DNA from: an uncultured bacterium
Lineage (GTDB): Bacteria > Patescibacteriota > Minisyncoccia > Phycocordibacterales > PALSA-1337
DNA: 64,000 nt
Direction: 5' to 3'
Assembly (NCBI GenBank): GCA_963851055.1
Contig: CAWKMY010000006.1
Coordinates: 14,663-78,662 of the forward strand
The notes beneath the pieces are model-generated. The model searched no databases and was not told the origin of the DNA. It worked only from the letters and a program-made list of their open reading frames with translations. The stretch's first letter is position 1, and every line of letters begins with the position of its first letter. The translations under genes and the position numbers were made by a program. Below are positions 49,177 through 58,454 of the stretch, in pieces.

Positions 49177-50531
49177 ATCATTTTTTCAAGATTCTTTGGC
49201 CGACTTCTCCTCCTCTTCACCAGCATAAACCCGACGAGAAATACCCCATAAAACCCCACCACCCACCAGCCGGAAAATTGCGGCAGGTAGACGGCGGCGA
49301 ATGGCAATCTGGCGAAATGCTCGACTATAAAGAGCTCGTAGGCCAGAAGTAGATGCGCTCCCCAGCCGAATATGTGCGAGACCGGCGACGAAATGAAACC
49401 TGAGGCACCCGTTAGGAAGACGGCCAACATCGTCAGCGGAATAAAAGGCAAAACCAAAATATTCACTACTACGCCGACTATAGAAAGCTGGCCCATCATA
49501 TATAGGATGAATGGCGAGACGAATATCTGGGTCGAGGTCGTGGCAGCAACTATGCCGCGCATGCCGAATGTCTCCGGTATGAAGGTTAGGCGCTTTTCGA
49601 TAGGGCTGGCTAGAAGGATCAACCCGAGTGTGGCCAAAAATGAAAGTTGAAATGATGGGTCATGCAGGAGAATCATCGGATTTTCTATGAGCATCAGACA
49701 TGCGGCGAAAGACAGGGCACGGACGACATTGTAGTCACGACGGGTAAGGTCGGCAGACAGGGCAACTCCCGCCATGAAGCACGAGCGCACAACCGTCGCT
49801 CCTCCGCCGACCAAAATGCCGAAAAGAGCGATACCTATTCCGCCGACCACTATTCCCCAAACTCGAGGAAGCCTCGATAGCAATTTACGTAATGCATAGG
49901 CTACGATGGTTATATTGAAACCGGACAAAACGACTATATGTATAAGACCGACGATACGAAAATCATTGAGTAAATCTTTACCCAGAGCCGCTTTCTCCCC
50001 TACCACCAGCCCTGCCGCCAATGCAGAGTGGGGCTCGCCTAGAGAGCTATTCAGGTTATTGACAAAGCCGCGTTTGAGCTTGAGCAAGAGCGAAGTTATC
50101 GACCATCCATTATCAGGATTGGTCAAGACGACCGCCGAGCTTTTCATTTCATAGAAAATATCGTCCTTGGCTAGATAATCTCTGTAATCGAAAGACCTGC
50201 CCGTATCGCTTTGAAAATTAAATGGTGCAGACAATTTTCCCGTAAATGAAACCGTGTCTCCATAATGGAATCGGGGATACAATTTAGTTTTCATTTGGAT
50301 TAGAAGGCCGTCCGGGCATTTATTTTCGCCAGCTGACAATCGACTGGTCGAAACAACCAGAACCTGACCCGTATTAGTGAATGACGGATCTTCGGTGATC
50401 GTCCCAACTCCTTCTATCTGTTGTTTGAGACATGGACCAATGTCTGGCGACACTATGAAAAATGATTGGCCGACGCGAAAAATCGCGGCCGTTATGAATA
50501 TGCTCCAGAAAATGAAAACCCCCCTGTTCAT
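49173..50531 (-). CDS. comEC: ComEC DNA uptake channel (OB/DUF4131 + competence domain)
   Basis: FDYRDYL, GLIHIVVLSGFNI, VVRSCFM, SFQLSFLAT. Confidence 0.93.
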   Translation of the reverse strand: MNRGVFIFWSIFITAAIFRVGQSFFIVSPDIGPCLKQQIEGVGTITEDPSFTNTGQVLVVSTSRLSAGENKCPDGLLIQMKTKLYPRFHYGDTVSFTGKLSAPFNFQSDTGRSFDYRDYLAKDDIFYEMKSSAVVLTNPDNGWSITSLLLKLKRGFVNNLNSSLGEPHSALAAGLVVGEKAALGKDLLNDFRIVGLIHIVVLSGFNITIVAYALRKLLSRLPRVWGIVVGGIGIALFGILVGGGATVVRSCFMAGVALSADLTRRDYNVVRALSFAACLMLIENPMILLHDPSFQLSFLATLGLILLASPIEKRLTFIPETFGMRGIVAATTSTQIFVSPFILYMMGQLSIVGVVVNILVLPFIPLTMLAVFLTGASGFISSPVSHIFGWGAHLLLAYELFIVEHFARLPFAAVYLPQFSGWWVVGFYGVFLVGFMLVKRRRSRPKNLEKMI

Positions 50532-50554
50532 GGAGAGCATTTTACTGGGACAGC

Positions 50555-50615
50555 GATAAAGAAACGCTCAAAAAGTAATCAAAAAACGCCTAATTTTCGC
50601 TCAAAATTCGCCTAA
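50555..50615 (-). promoter_or_regulatory. 11-bp-phased operator-like array, copy D
   Basis: One mismatch to copy C, then TAAAAT (50544-50539) and ATG 50531. Confidence 0.85.
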
Positions 50616-50641
50616 GAAACTCAAGGTTAAACCTTGAGGCG

Positions 50642-51397
50642 CTAAAAAGCTCCGAATTCGTCTACTATTTCCTGCTCATTCTCGATGCTTATCGATTTTT
50701 TGTATTTTGCGCCTTTTGTGCCTTTTACCCGCTTCTCACATTCGGCCCATGAATGATGGGTTTCGATAATTCCGCCAACCATGCTCACATAAGAATATGC
50801 TTTGGCATTCGAGTGCGAGGAACTAGACTTCTTTTTGGCCGCACTCATCTCATCATGTGAAATATCCAGAATATCCGGCAAGTCATAAGCACCAAGCGGA
50901 CCTTTATAAAGATTTATTTTTCTTCCATCAGCGAAAGCTGTGGCTATATGGTCGCAACGCTCATTGCCGAGAATACCTACGTGACCACCGATGTATTTCC
51001 ACTCGATCTTGCCGCCTGACAATTCTATGAGACCGGCGGCCTCGTCGAGCCTCTCCCAAAGATCGGCATTCAAGACGTCTTTTTTAGCCTTTGTTTTCCA
51101 GCCATTCTTCTTCCAAGCATGGATCCACTTGGTGATCCCATTTATGACGTAGCGGGAATCCGTGTGGACAATGATCCCTCCACCAACATTGGAATGCAAA
51201 TGATCGATGGCTTTTAAACCTTCTAAAGCGGCTTTAAGCTCCATACGATTATTCGTAGTCTCTCTTTCTCCGCCGCCGAGTTCGATAACTTCTGTTTTTA
51301 TTCCTGGTACAACAATGACCGCGCCCCAACCTCCCGGGCCTGGGTTATTGCGGGATGAGCCGTCGGTGAAAATGGTGATTTTGGAATTATCTTTCAT
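50642..51397 (-). CDS. rnhA: Ribonuclease HI with C-terminal hybrid-binding-like domain
   Basis: FTDGSSRNNPGPGGWG, TTNNRMEL, TDSRY, GNERCD; C-terminal SWAECEKRVKG. Confidence 0.93.
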   Translation of the reverse strand: MKDNSKITIFTDGSSRNNPGPGGWGAVIVVPGIKTEVIELGGGERETTNNRMELKAALEGLKAIDHLHSNVGGGIIVHTDSRYVINGITKWIHAWKKNGWKTKAKKDVLNADLWERLDEAAGLIELSGGKIEWKYIGGHVGILGNERCDHIATAFADGRKINLYKGPLGAYDLPDILDISHDEMSAAKKKSSSSHSNAKAYSYVSMVGGIIETHHSWAECEKRVKGTKGAKYKKSISIENEQEIVDEFGAF

Positions 51398-51417
51398 TGG
51401 GTTTTTATTTTAGCGTC

Positions 51418-53169
51418 TTAAGATATTACCACATCCACCACTCGGAGTCGCAATTCCGCCCTTCCGCGGAACATAGATTTTTCAATAGAAGCGATCAGAT
51501 CTAATGGCTTATTCGCCTCGACCTTTTTGGCCCATTCATTCTCGACACCGAAGAATGAGATGGCCGGAATTTTAACACCGTTTGATTTTTTGAAAGTTAA
51601 TTCTATGTGTTCGCCCCCCTTCCCAAATAGCTTGACCAGGATCGGGGAGACTTTCCTGAAAAGGAATACCGGCTTTGGATTGCCGAAGCCGAATGGTGCA
51701 AGTTGGCCGATATCTTTTTGTAAATTCCAATCGACATCATCCATCGACAGTTCGGCATCTATGAAATCTTCATCGGCCTGTGGAACATTCTTCAAATTTC
51801 CTGCTGCGGTGTTCAAATGTCCTTCCAAAAAATGTACTGACTCGCTGGCCACTGCAAACCCACCAGAATATCTATGGCCGCCGAACTGGGTGAGCACGCC
51901 TGCTGGAACGGCGCGCATTAACTCTACGACATTAGATAAGCCTTCGGACCTACACGAGCCCTTGAGAAGATTATCTCCATCGCGGCCCCATAGGAAAACT
52001 GGGCGACTGAATTCACCTGCACAAGTATTGGCCACTAGACCTAGAAGAGATGGTCGCCATTCCGGATTGCCGAGCACAATTACCGACGGAAATGTGGCGA
52101 CATCGTGGCCATGGCGACCATGCAGAGTCTTTTTCACTTCTTTGACCAATGAAGCGACGACTCCTTTGCGCTCATTGTTGATACTATCTAGATGATCGGC
52201 AAATTTGCACGCGTCTTCATCAGTTGTCGCCGCCAAAAGGCTGAAGGCGTCCATGGGCAGACCCATCCTCGAAGCGGCATTGATGCGCGGCGTGACCATA
52301 AAGGCGATATCGTCCTCTGTTAAATGTTGCTTGGCGATCTTTAATTTCTCAAGGAGCCTGACCAGGCCTTTGCGCTGGCTTTTGCGCAAGACTTCCATGC
52401 CGTAATATGCAAAGACTCGATTTTCGCCGATGAGCGGAACCATATCAGACAGTGTGGCTATGCCGACCATGTCCAGTAACCATTTCTCATGGCCTTCCTT
52501 GAATTCATTTTCACCTTTGAATATTGAAGTGTCTTTTGTCTCTTTAATTTTCTTCAAAATTGCTTGGATCAATTTGAAAGCTACACCCGAGCCGCAGATA
52601 TTTTTGTCAGGATAATGACAATCGGCCTGTTTGTGGTCGACAATAGCGAATGCCGGCGGCAATTTTGCCGGCGGCTCATGGTGATCGGTTATGATAACGT
52701 CCATTTTCAATTCATTGGCGCGCTCAACCGGCTTTACATCCGATATGCCACAGTCGACAGTGACGATGAATTTTACTTTTTCGCTCGCCAATTGCTCGAT
52801 AGCATCAATGTTCAAGCCAAATCCTTCATCGTGACGATGTGGAATGTATACGGAAAAATTCTTGAAGCCGATCCTGCCGAAAAAATCATTCCATATAACC
52901 GCTCCTGGTATACCGTCAGCATCATAGTCGGAGTATATGGCGATGCGTTCATCTCTTTTAATGGCTTGGATGATTCTCTCCGCTGATTTTTCCGCGTCTT
53001 TCAATAAAAATGGATCGTGAGTGTCGCGGATATAGTCAGGTGAGAGGAATCTTTTAGCGGCCATCGCGTCTTTGAGCCCTCTATGATGCATGAGATGCGA
53101 AAGCGGTGACGAAAAGCCGGCAAGATTGGATTGCTCTTCATTTGAAAGAGGTTTACGGAGAGAATACAT
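51418..53169 (-). CDS. recJ: ssDNA exonuclease RecJ
   Basis: DYDADG, TDHH, PRINAASRM, GSCRS, GGH, APFGFGNPKP. Confidence 0.96.
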   Translation of the reverse strand: MYSLRKPLSNEEQSNLAGFSSPLSHLMHHRGLKDAMAAKRFLSPDYIRDTHDPFLLKDAEKSAERIIQAIKRDERIAIYSDYDADGIPGAVIWNDFFGRIGFKNFSVYIPHRHDEGFGLNIDAIEQLASEKVKFIVTVDCGISDVKPVERANELKMDVIITDHHEPPAKLPPAFAIVDHKQADCHYPDKNICGSGVAFKLIQAILKKIKETKDTSIFKGENEFKEGHEKWLLDMVGIATLSDMVPLIGENRVFAYYGMEVLRKSQRKGLVRLLEKLKIAKQHLTEDDIAFMVTPRINAASRMGLPMDAFSLLAATTDEDACKFADHLDSINNERKGVVASLVKEVKKTLHGRHGHDVATFPSVIVLGNPEWRPSLLGLVANTCAGEFSRPVFLWGRDGDNLLKGSCRSEGLSNVVELMRAVPAGVLTQFGGHRYSGGFAVASESVHFLEGHLNTAAGNLKNVPQADEDFIDAELSMDDVDWNLQKDIGQLAPFGFGNPKPVFLFRKVSPILVKLFGKGGEHIELTFKKSNGVKIPAISFFGVENEWAKKVEANKPLDLIASIEKSMFRGRAELRLRVVDVVIS

Positions 53170-53284
53170 GTGAGGAAGTATAGCACGCGACCTCGATTGA
53201 CTTATGAAGTGATTTGTTGTATGGTCAATTTAAATAAATGTAAAAAGGTCGGCACAGGCCGATGTAATTTGAAAGGAGTTTGCT

Positions 53285-53761
53285 TTGAAAATAATTGACC
53301 CGAACACTTTGACCGTCAAACAACGAATCGCCCAAATCGAGGAACTGCTCGGCATATCTATTCCGGCTGGCTCAGAAACAAGGATTGCAGAGAAAAACGA
53401 CAAGATCGCCATAATACAGAGAGTTGTCTGCTTCGTCTGCGTGGTGAGCTTCGCGGATCTTGTGAGCCGAAAGAGAACGGATCCTGTGAAAAACACCAGG
53501 AAACTCGGTTTCCTTTTGTGCAAGGAATATGGAGCTGTTAGAAATCTCACTTATCTCGCCAAACGCTTCGGATGCGACAACCATGCGACAGTAATTCATG
53601 CGAATAATACCGCGAAGGATATGGTCGGCGATGGTCCTGGATCTGACCCAAACTTCCAAGAGCAATACCGGAAATGTAAAAATCTTTTGGGTGACAAACT
53701 CGACGAGGCCAGCCTTAGCGTCTTGAATGCTTGGTTGAAAACCGTCGAAAATCCGATCTAA
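53285..53761 (+). CDS. Hypothetical protein with a DnaA domain IV-like HTH
   Basis: RKRTDPVKNTRK..FLLCKE..LAKRFGCDNHATVIHA resembles the DnaA C-terminal signature. Confidence 0.55.
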   Translation: MKIIDPNTLTVKQRIAQIEELLGISIPAGSETRIAEKNDKIAIIQRVVCFVCVVSFADLVSRKRTDPVKNTRKLGFLLCKEYGAVRNLTYLAKRFGCDNHATVIHANNTAKDMVGDGPGSDPNFQEQYRKCKNLLGDKLDEASLSVLNAWLKTVENPI

Positions 53762-53845
53762 CTGCCCCCCGCCTGAAAACCGGTCGGGGCATTTTTGTCG
53801 CCGCTGAATTTGAATGGACTATCCAATCAGATGTATAATGTCGGC

Positions 53846-54211
53846 ATGAAAGACTGCATCTTCTGCAAGATAACCAAAAAAGAGATACCGGCACATATTA
53901 TCTATGAAGATGATGATTTTGTGGCATTCCTGGATATACATCCGCAATCACCAGGCCACGCGCAAGTCATTTCCAAGAATCATTATCGTTGGGTCTGGGA
54001 TGTGCCGCAGTTAGGAAAATATTTCGAGGTCGTGGGCAAGATCGCAAAAGCGCAACAAAAAGCTTTCAACAATGAATGGATTTTGAGTCGAATCATCGGC
54101 GACGAAGTGCCTCACGCGCATATATGGGTCTTCCCTAGCAATGAGACCAAAGGCGACAAAATGGATTTTGAGGGAAACAAGAAGAAAATCGTCGCGGCTT
54201 TGAAAGAATAA
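53846..54211 (+). CDS. HIT family hydrolase
   Basis: [21 protein letters not shown]. Confidence 0.92.
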   Translation: MKDCIFCKITKKEIPAHIIYEDDDFVAFLDIHPQSPGHAQVISKNHYRWVWDVPQLGKYFEVVGKIAKAQQKAFNNEWILSRIIGDEVPHAHIWVFPSNETKGDKMDFEGNKKKIVAALKE

Positions 54212-54224
54212 CCGGTAACAACAG

Positions 54225-55442
54225 TCAATCTTCTTTTGCTGACTCCTCCAGCGCCTCTATCCCCGGCAAAGTGCCGGTAGCCAGGAAATCCAACATGGCT
54301 CCGCCGCCGGTAGAAACAAAAGTGAACTTATCTTCAACCCCGAGCTTTGAAATAGAAGACAAAGTATCGCCGCCGCCAACAATCGAGTGGACACTTGGCC
54401 CATTGCCGCCTTCAATCTTTCCGTTCTCTGTCCTCTCCGCGATTATCTTGGCCAAAGCTTCCGTGCCTTCAGTGAATCCCTTCTCAAATACGCCGAGCGG
54501 GCCATTCCAGAGGATAAATTTCGCCGCATCAATCTTTACTTTTAGCGCTTCGAGAGTCTTTGGCCCTGAATCAAAGATGACATCGCTAGTACTGACGGCG
54601 TCTATCCCCTTTTCCACATGATCTTGGATAATCACATCAACTGGAATCATTATATTCGGCTGATTGATGACATTAGAAATATCATCGGTGCCGCTGGAGA
54701 CCTTGGAAATACCGACTTCATATCCTTTTGCTTTCAAAGCATCGTTAGCCAAAGCTCCGCCGATGAAAACTGTGTCGGCTGTTTTGGAGAATTTCTGGAT
54801 GAGCGGCAACTTGGTATCGAACTTCGCTCCGCCGAGGATGAAAATGAACGGGTGAGACGGGTTAAAAGCCGCGCTCAATTGCTTTACTTCTTCTTCGAAT
54901 TGAAGTCCTGCGTAACTAGGTAAAAATTCAGTGACTGCACATACGGAAGCATGCTCTCGATGCGAAACAGAGAAGGCATCGTTAACGTATATGTCCGCAA
55001 GGGAGGCCAATTGTTTAGCAAATTTTTTATCATTCTCTTTTTCGCCAGAATTTTCGCGTATATTCTCGAGCAATATCATTTCGCCGTCTTTCAATCCTTC
55101 CGCCGATTCGAATGCGGAAGCCAAATTCTTCACAAAAGTCACCGGCAATCCTTTTTTCTTCAAATAATCAGCGACCGGCACCAAAGTCGGCATTTTTTCT
55201 AATGGATTCTTCACGCCAACCCCTAACTTCAAACTCCCAACTTCCACCAATCCATCGGCCGTCTCGATATGGCTAATCAGAATTAGTCGCGCGCCTTTAT
55301 TCCGCAAAAAATCTATCGTCGGCAACGCCTTGCGGATGCGAAAATCATCCCCTACGACCCCATTTTTGATCGGCACATTGAAATCCACACGCAAAAGGAC
55401 TTTTACGCCTTCTAAATGTGGAATATCGGCAAGTGTCTTCAT
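54225..55442 (-). CDS. pgk: Phosphoglycerate kinase
   Basis: RVDFNVP, LLENIR, LGGAK, WNGPLG, STGGGA. Confidence 0.97.
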   Translation of the reverse strand: MKTLADIPHLEGVKVLLRVDFNVPIKNGVVGDDFRIRKALPTIDFLRNKGARLILISHIETADGLVEVGSLKLGVGVKNPLEKMPTLVPVADYLKKKGLPVTFVKNLASAFESAEGLKDGEMILLENIRENSGEKENDKKFAKQLASLADIYVNDAFSVSHREHASVCAVTEFLPSYAGLQFEEEVKQLSAAFNPSHPFIFILGGAKFDTKLPLIQKFSKTADTVFIGGALANDALKAKGYEVGISKVSSGTDDISNVINQPNIMIPVDVIIQDHVEKGIDAVSTSDVIFDSGPKTLEALKVKIDAAKFILWNGPLGVFEKGFTEGTEALAKIIAERTENGKIEGGNGPSVHSIVGGGDTLSSISKLGVEDKFTFVSTGGGAMLDFLATGTLPGIEALEESAKED

Positions 55443-55443
55443 C

Positions 55444-56205
55444 CTATTTTATGGCATCCACCGCCTTGAGCAGTGCGATAAAACCCGGCGTATTGACGCT
55501 CTCGCGACCGACGAGGAGACCATCTACTGCGCCTATGGTCATGATATCCGGAGCATTCAGATAATTGACCGAGCCACCATATAGTACGCTCACTCTGAGG
55601 CCGGCTTCAGAACCAAAAAGGTCGGCGAATATCTTCTTTACGAAGATAGACATCTCATGTATGTCTTCCGGCTTCATTGCTTCCTTTGCCCCGATGGCCC
55701 AGACGGGCTCATAAGCTATGACGATACGGCCGGCCGACTTTGCGGGCACATCGGCAAAAGTATTTTTGATCTGGCTTTTTAGAGTCTCGAGATAAGCGCC
55801 ATTCTCATCGCGGACGGCTTCACCTACGCAAACAATCGGAATAAGTCTGGATTCTAGGACTGCTTTTAATCTCTTTGAGACTATTCCGTCGCTATCGCCG
55901 GCTTTACGCTCTTCAGAATGACCGACGATGACGTATTCAACGCCTATATCACGGAGCATAGCCGCTCCCACTTCCCCGGTATGCGGGCCGCCTTCTTCAT
56001 AAGAGACGGATTGCGCGCCCATACGAAAATTCTTCACCGGCTTTCGCGGCGAGCACGAGGCTATAAATGGAAAAGGCGGCGCTATGACCGTCTCGCTATT
56101 CGTGAGATCCGGGGCCATGTGTTTTATCTTGGCGGCGATCTTCTTTGCTTCAGCCAGAGTACCGGGATTCATCTTCCAATTGCCGACTATGAGTTTTTTT
56201 GACAT
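55444..56205 (-). CDS. tpiA: Triosephosphate isomerase
   Basis: GNWKMN, GHSEER, AYEPVWAIG, LYGGSV. Confidence 0.97.
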   Translation of the reverse strand: MSKKLIVGNWKMNPGTLAEAKKIAAKIKHMAPDLTNSETVIAPPFPFIASCSPRKPVKNFRMGAQSVSYEEGGPHTGEVGAAMLRDIGVEYVIVGHSEERKAGDSDGIVSKRLKAVLESRLIPIVCVGEAVRDENGAYLETLKSQIKNTFADVPAKSAGRIVIAYEPVWAIGAKEAMKPEDIHEMSIFVKKIFADLFGSEAGLRVSVLYGGSVNYLNAPDIMTIGAVDGLLVGRESVNTPGFIALLKAVDAIK

Positions 56206-56259
56206 GCGTACATTATAGCAAGCCGAGAAATCCTAGGATACTGGGCTAACGAAATGACG

Positions 56260-57831
56260 TCATTGCAGCTGTTGCCAGGAAATAACCTGATACTGCGTCG
56301 TAGCTTGCGGGAATGAAGGCGGCGGCCCATAGAGGAGGTTGTTATCGTAATTGATATTGCGTATGGCATAACCTGTGTTATCCGTGTAGGCAAAACCATA
56401 TCGGAGAGCAGTGCCTATCATGCCGAGGAGCGTGAGCGAGCTTCGCGTAGAATAATTGGTACTACTGACGGAACAATTGCTATTGTAATAGAATCTGCCG
56501 ACGCGGCCGTTCTCGGCGACCAATGCTCCATCTATCTCGTAGCTGTTGTCGCTGACCATTCCGGAGTTTATATTTCCCTGGGCTATTAGGCCGATGACAT
56601 CATTGCCGTTTGTATTCGTATATTTCAGATTGGTGTTTATATTTATATTGGTATAGCTATTGGCGCTGGAGGCTCCGACATTCGCGGAGGCTATAGTCAC
56701 GCGGGCATTGCTCACTGTACCGTCGACCCACAGGTCGTCATCGACGAAAATAATATCGTTGGTAGGGATCGGCCATGAATGGTCTAGATTCGGCCCAGTA
56801 TTGACTAGAATCTCGCTGGCGCCGGACTGACTTCCACCGACTAGGTTGTTGATGGTCCATGTGCCCCAGTTCGTGCCGGTATTCTGTTGGCCGTTCTGAT
56901 TCATCTGACTCTGAGCCGTGACGTCATTGCCGCAATTGCTCGGAGTAGGCTGAAGGGACGTGACTTTGTACATGTTGTATTCGGTCACTCCGCCCACGAC
57001 TTGAAAGACTATGTGATACCCGTAATATCCAGAACCCAAAGCGGTCCATTCCTTGCCGCTCTGCTGTGCCAGCGTCTGCAGTTGCGTCAAGTTCGCCGTC
57101 AAGCTATTGAAAGAGAATGCGGGAACCGGAGATTGCCTGCCGGCCATGAAGATGTCAGGCCGATTTATGACGGGAGTGTTCGGTTGGGGATCAGGATTCG
57201 GATATGTGGGCGGATTGGTCACATCCGTGTACACAGCCCATTCATTGAGGCCAGTGTCGGGATCGGTATAAGTAGTAAGAGCGCTCGCCACCAAGTTGTG
57301 AGCCACGCCGTCGAAATGGATGCCTTTATTGGACTGGATCGGACCGTATATGGTTGTGCCTGGACCGAAATACATATTGTCGTTGGCCACCACGGCAAAT
57401 TTCGCCAGTGAAGGTATGGCCATAGACTCCTGGACTTTGCGGGTGATCGTAGACGAAGCCAATGTGCCAACGGAAAGTATTTTTACTATAGTCGATCCGG
57501 TCGGCGGCGGAGTTATGGTCAAAGAATATGTTCCCAAAAGATTGTCGTTGCGATCGTAAAAATTGTGGACATATGGTCCGGAGTTGTTAGTTCCGTCTTT
57601 ATAATCCGTCGGGAATTGAGCCAAGTGCCATTGATAGTAGTCCACGCCTGCTTCGGCGATCTGCAAAGCCTGTTCCCTAGATGCCACGCTCCTTATGTTG
57701 GATAGCATGGACACGCCCCAGTTGGTAAGTCCCGTGATTATGGTCACCGCTATGGCTGCAAAAATAATGACTGACAGGAGAATGTCGCCACTTTCCATTT
57801 TCATCTTTGCTTTTTCCATTTTCATATTCAT
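56260..57831 (-). CDS. PilX-like minor pilin/pilus assembly protein
   Basis: G/DILLSVII prepilin-like helix, QALQIAEAGVDY, YDNNLLYGPPPSFP. Confidence 0.75.
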   Translation of the reverse strand: MNMKMEKAKMKMESGDILLSVIIFAAIAVTIITGLTNWGVSMLSNIRSVASREQALQIAEAGVDYYQWHLAQFPTDYKDGTNNSGPYVHNFYDRNDNLLGTYSLTITPPPTGSTIVKILSVGTLASSTITRKVQESMAIPSLAKFAVVANDNMYFGPGTTIYGPIQSNKGIHFDGVAHNLVASALTTYTDPDTGLNEWAVYTDVTNPPTYPNPDPQPNTPVINRPDIFMAGRQSPVPAFSFNSLTANLTQLQTLAQQSGKEWTALGSGYYGYHIVFQVVGGVTEYNMYKVTSLQPTPSNCGNDVTAQSQMNQNGQQNTGTNWGTWTINNLVGGSQSGASEILVNTGPNLDHSWPIPTNDIIFVDDDLWVDGTVSNARVTIASANVGASSANSYTNININTNLKYTNTNGNDVIGLIAQGNINSGMVSDNSYEIDGALVAENGRVGRFYYNSNCSVSSTNYSTRSSLTLLGMIGTALRYGFAYTDNTGYAIRNINYDNNLLYGPPPSFPQATTQYQVISWQQLQ

Positions 57832-58436
57832 AGGTTGCTCTTTAGATTACGCAGGTTCGCCTGAACCGTGTAAGTTATCGGCGCTGGTGAACGGTTCGGA
57901 TCAAGATCAAGGGTGATATTTATCTTTACCAGACGAACTGCCGTGGTCGTGACCGGTTGGGTAAGTGGCGAGCTTGTACCGTTGTAATTCGTATCGAAAT
58001 ACTGGAAAACGGGAGTGTTTGAACCGTTGCGAACACTCGTCAGTAAAGTCGAAGTCGATTGGTTGGCGATCAGGTACGTTGGTGGGTTGCCCGAAGGTTG
58101 TATGACAGCGCGGTATAGAGTTGTGGTAGAAAGTGAATAGGTGACTTCTTCCTCTGTGCCGTCATTATCCGGATCAGAGAAAAAAGATATGGTCGTACTG
58201 CCGGCATTTACCAGTGGATATGAGCCGTCAGCCCCGGGGGCCATCTCGCGCAATTCCGTGAGCATGGTCTTCAGAATGACTTGGGCATTCTGGGCCGTCT
58301 GAAAAGATCCGGAGACATTGCCCTGGTATATGAATACATTTGCTTCAAACATGCCCACGGATACTATGACCGTCGCGAATATGGCGAGAGTTATGAGCAC
58401 TTCGACCAATGTCATTCCCCTATTGAAAGCCTTCAT
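57828..58436 (-). CDS. Type IV minor pilin (PilW-like)
   Basis: RG/MTLVEVL N-methylation motif; LRNLK C-terminus. Confidence 0.85.
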   Translation of the reverse strand: MKAFNRGMTLVEVLITLAIFATVIVSVGMFEANVFIYQGNVSGSFQTAQNAQVILKTMLTELREMAPGADGSYPLVNAGSTTISFFSDPDNDGTEEEVTYSLSTTTLYRAVIQPSGNPPTYLIANQSTSTLLTSVRNGSNTPVFQYFDTNYNGTSSPLTQPVTTTAVRLVKINITLDLDPNRSPAPITYTVQANLRNLKSNL

Positions 58437-58454
58437 TGATTTAATTGTACCACG

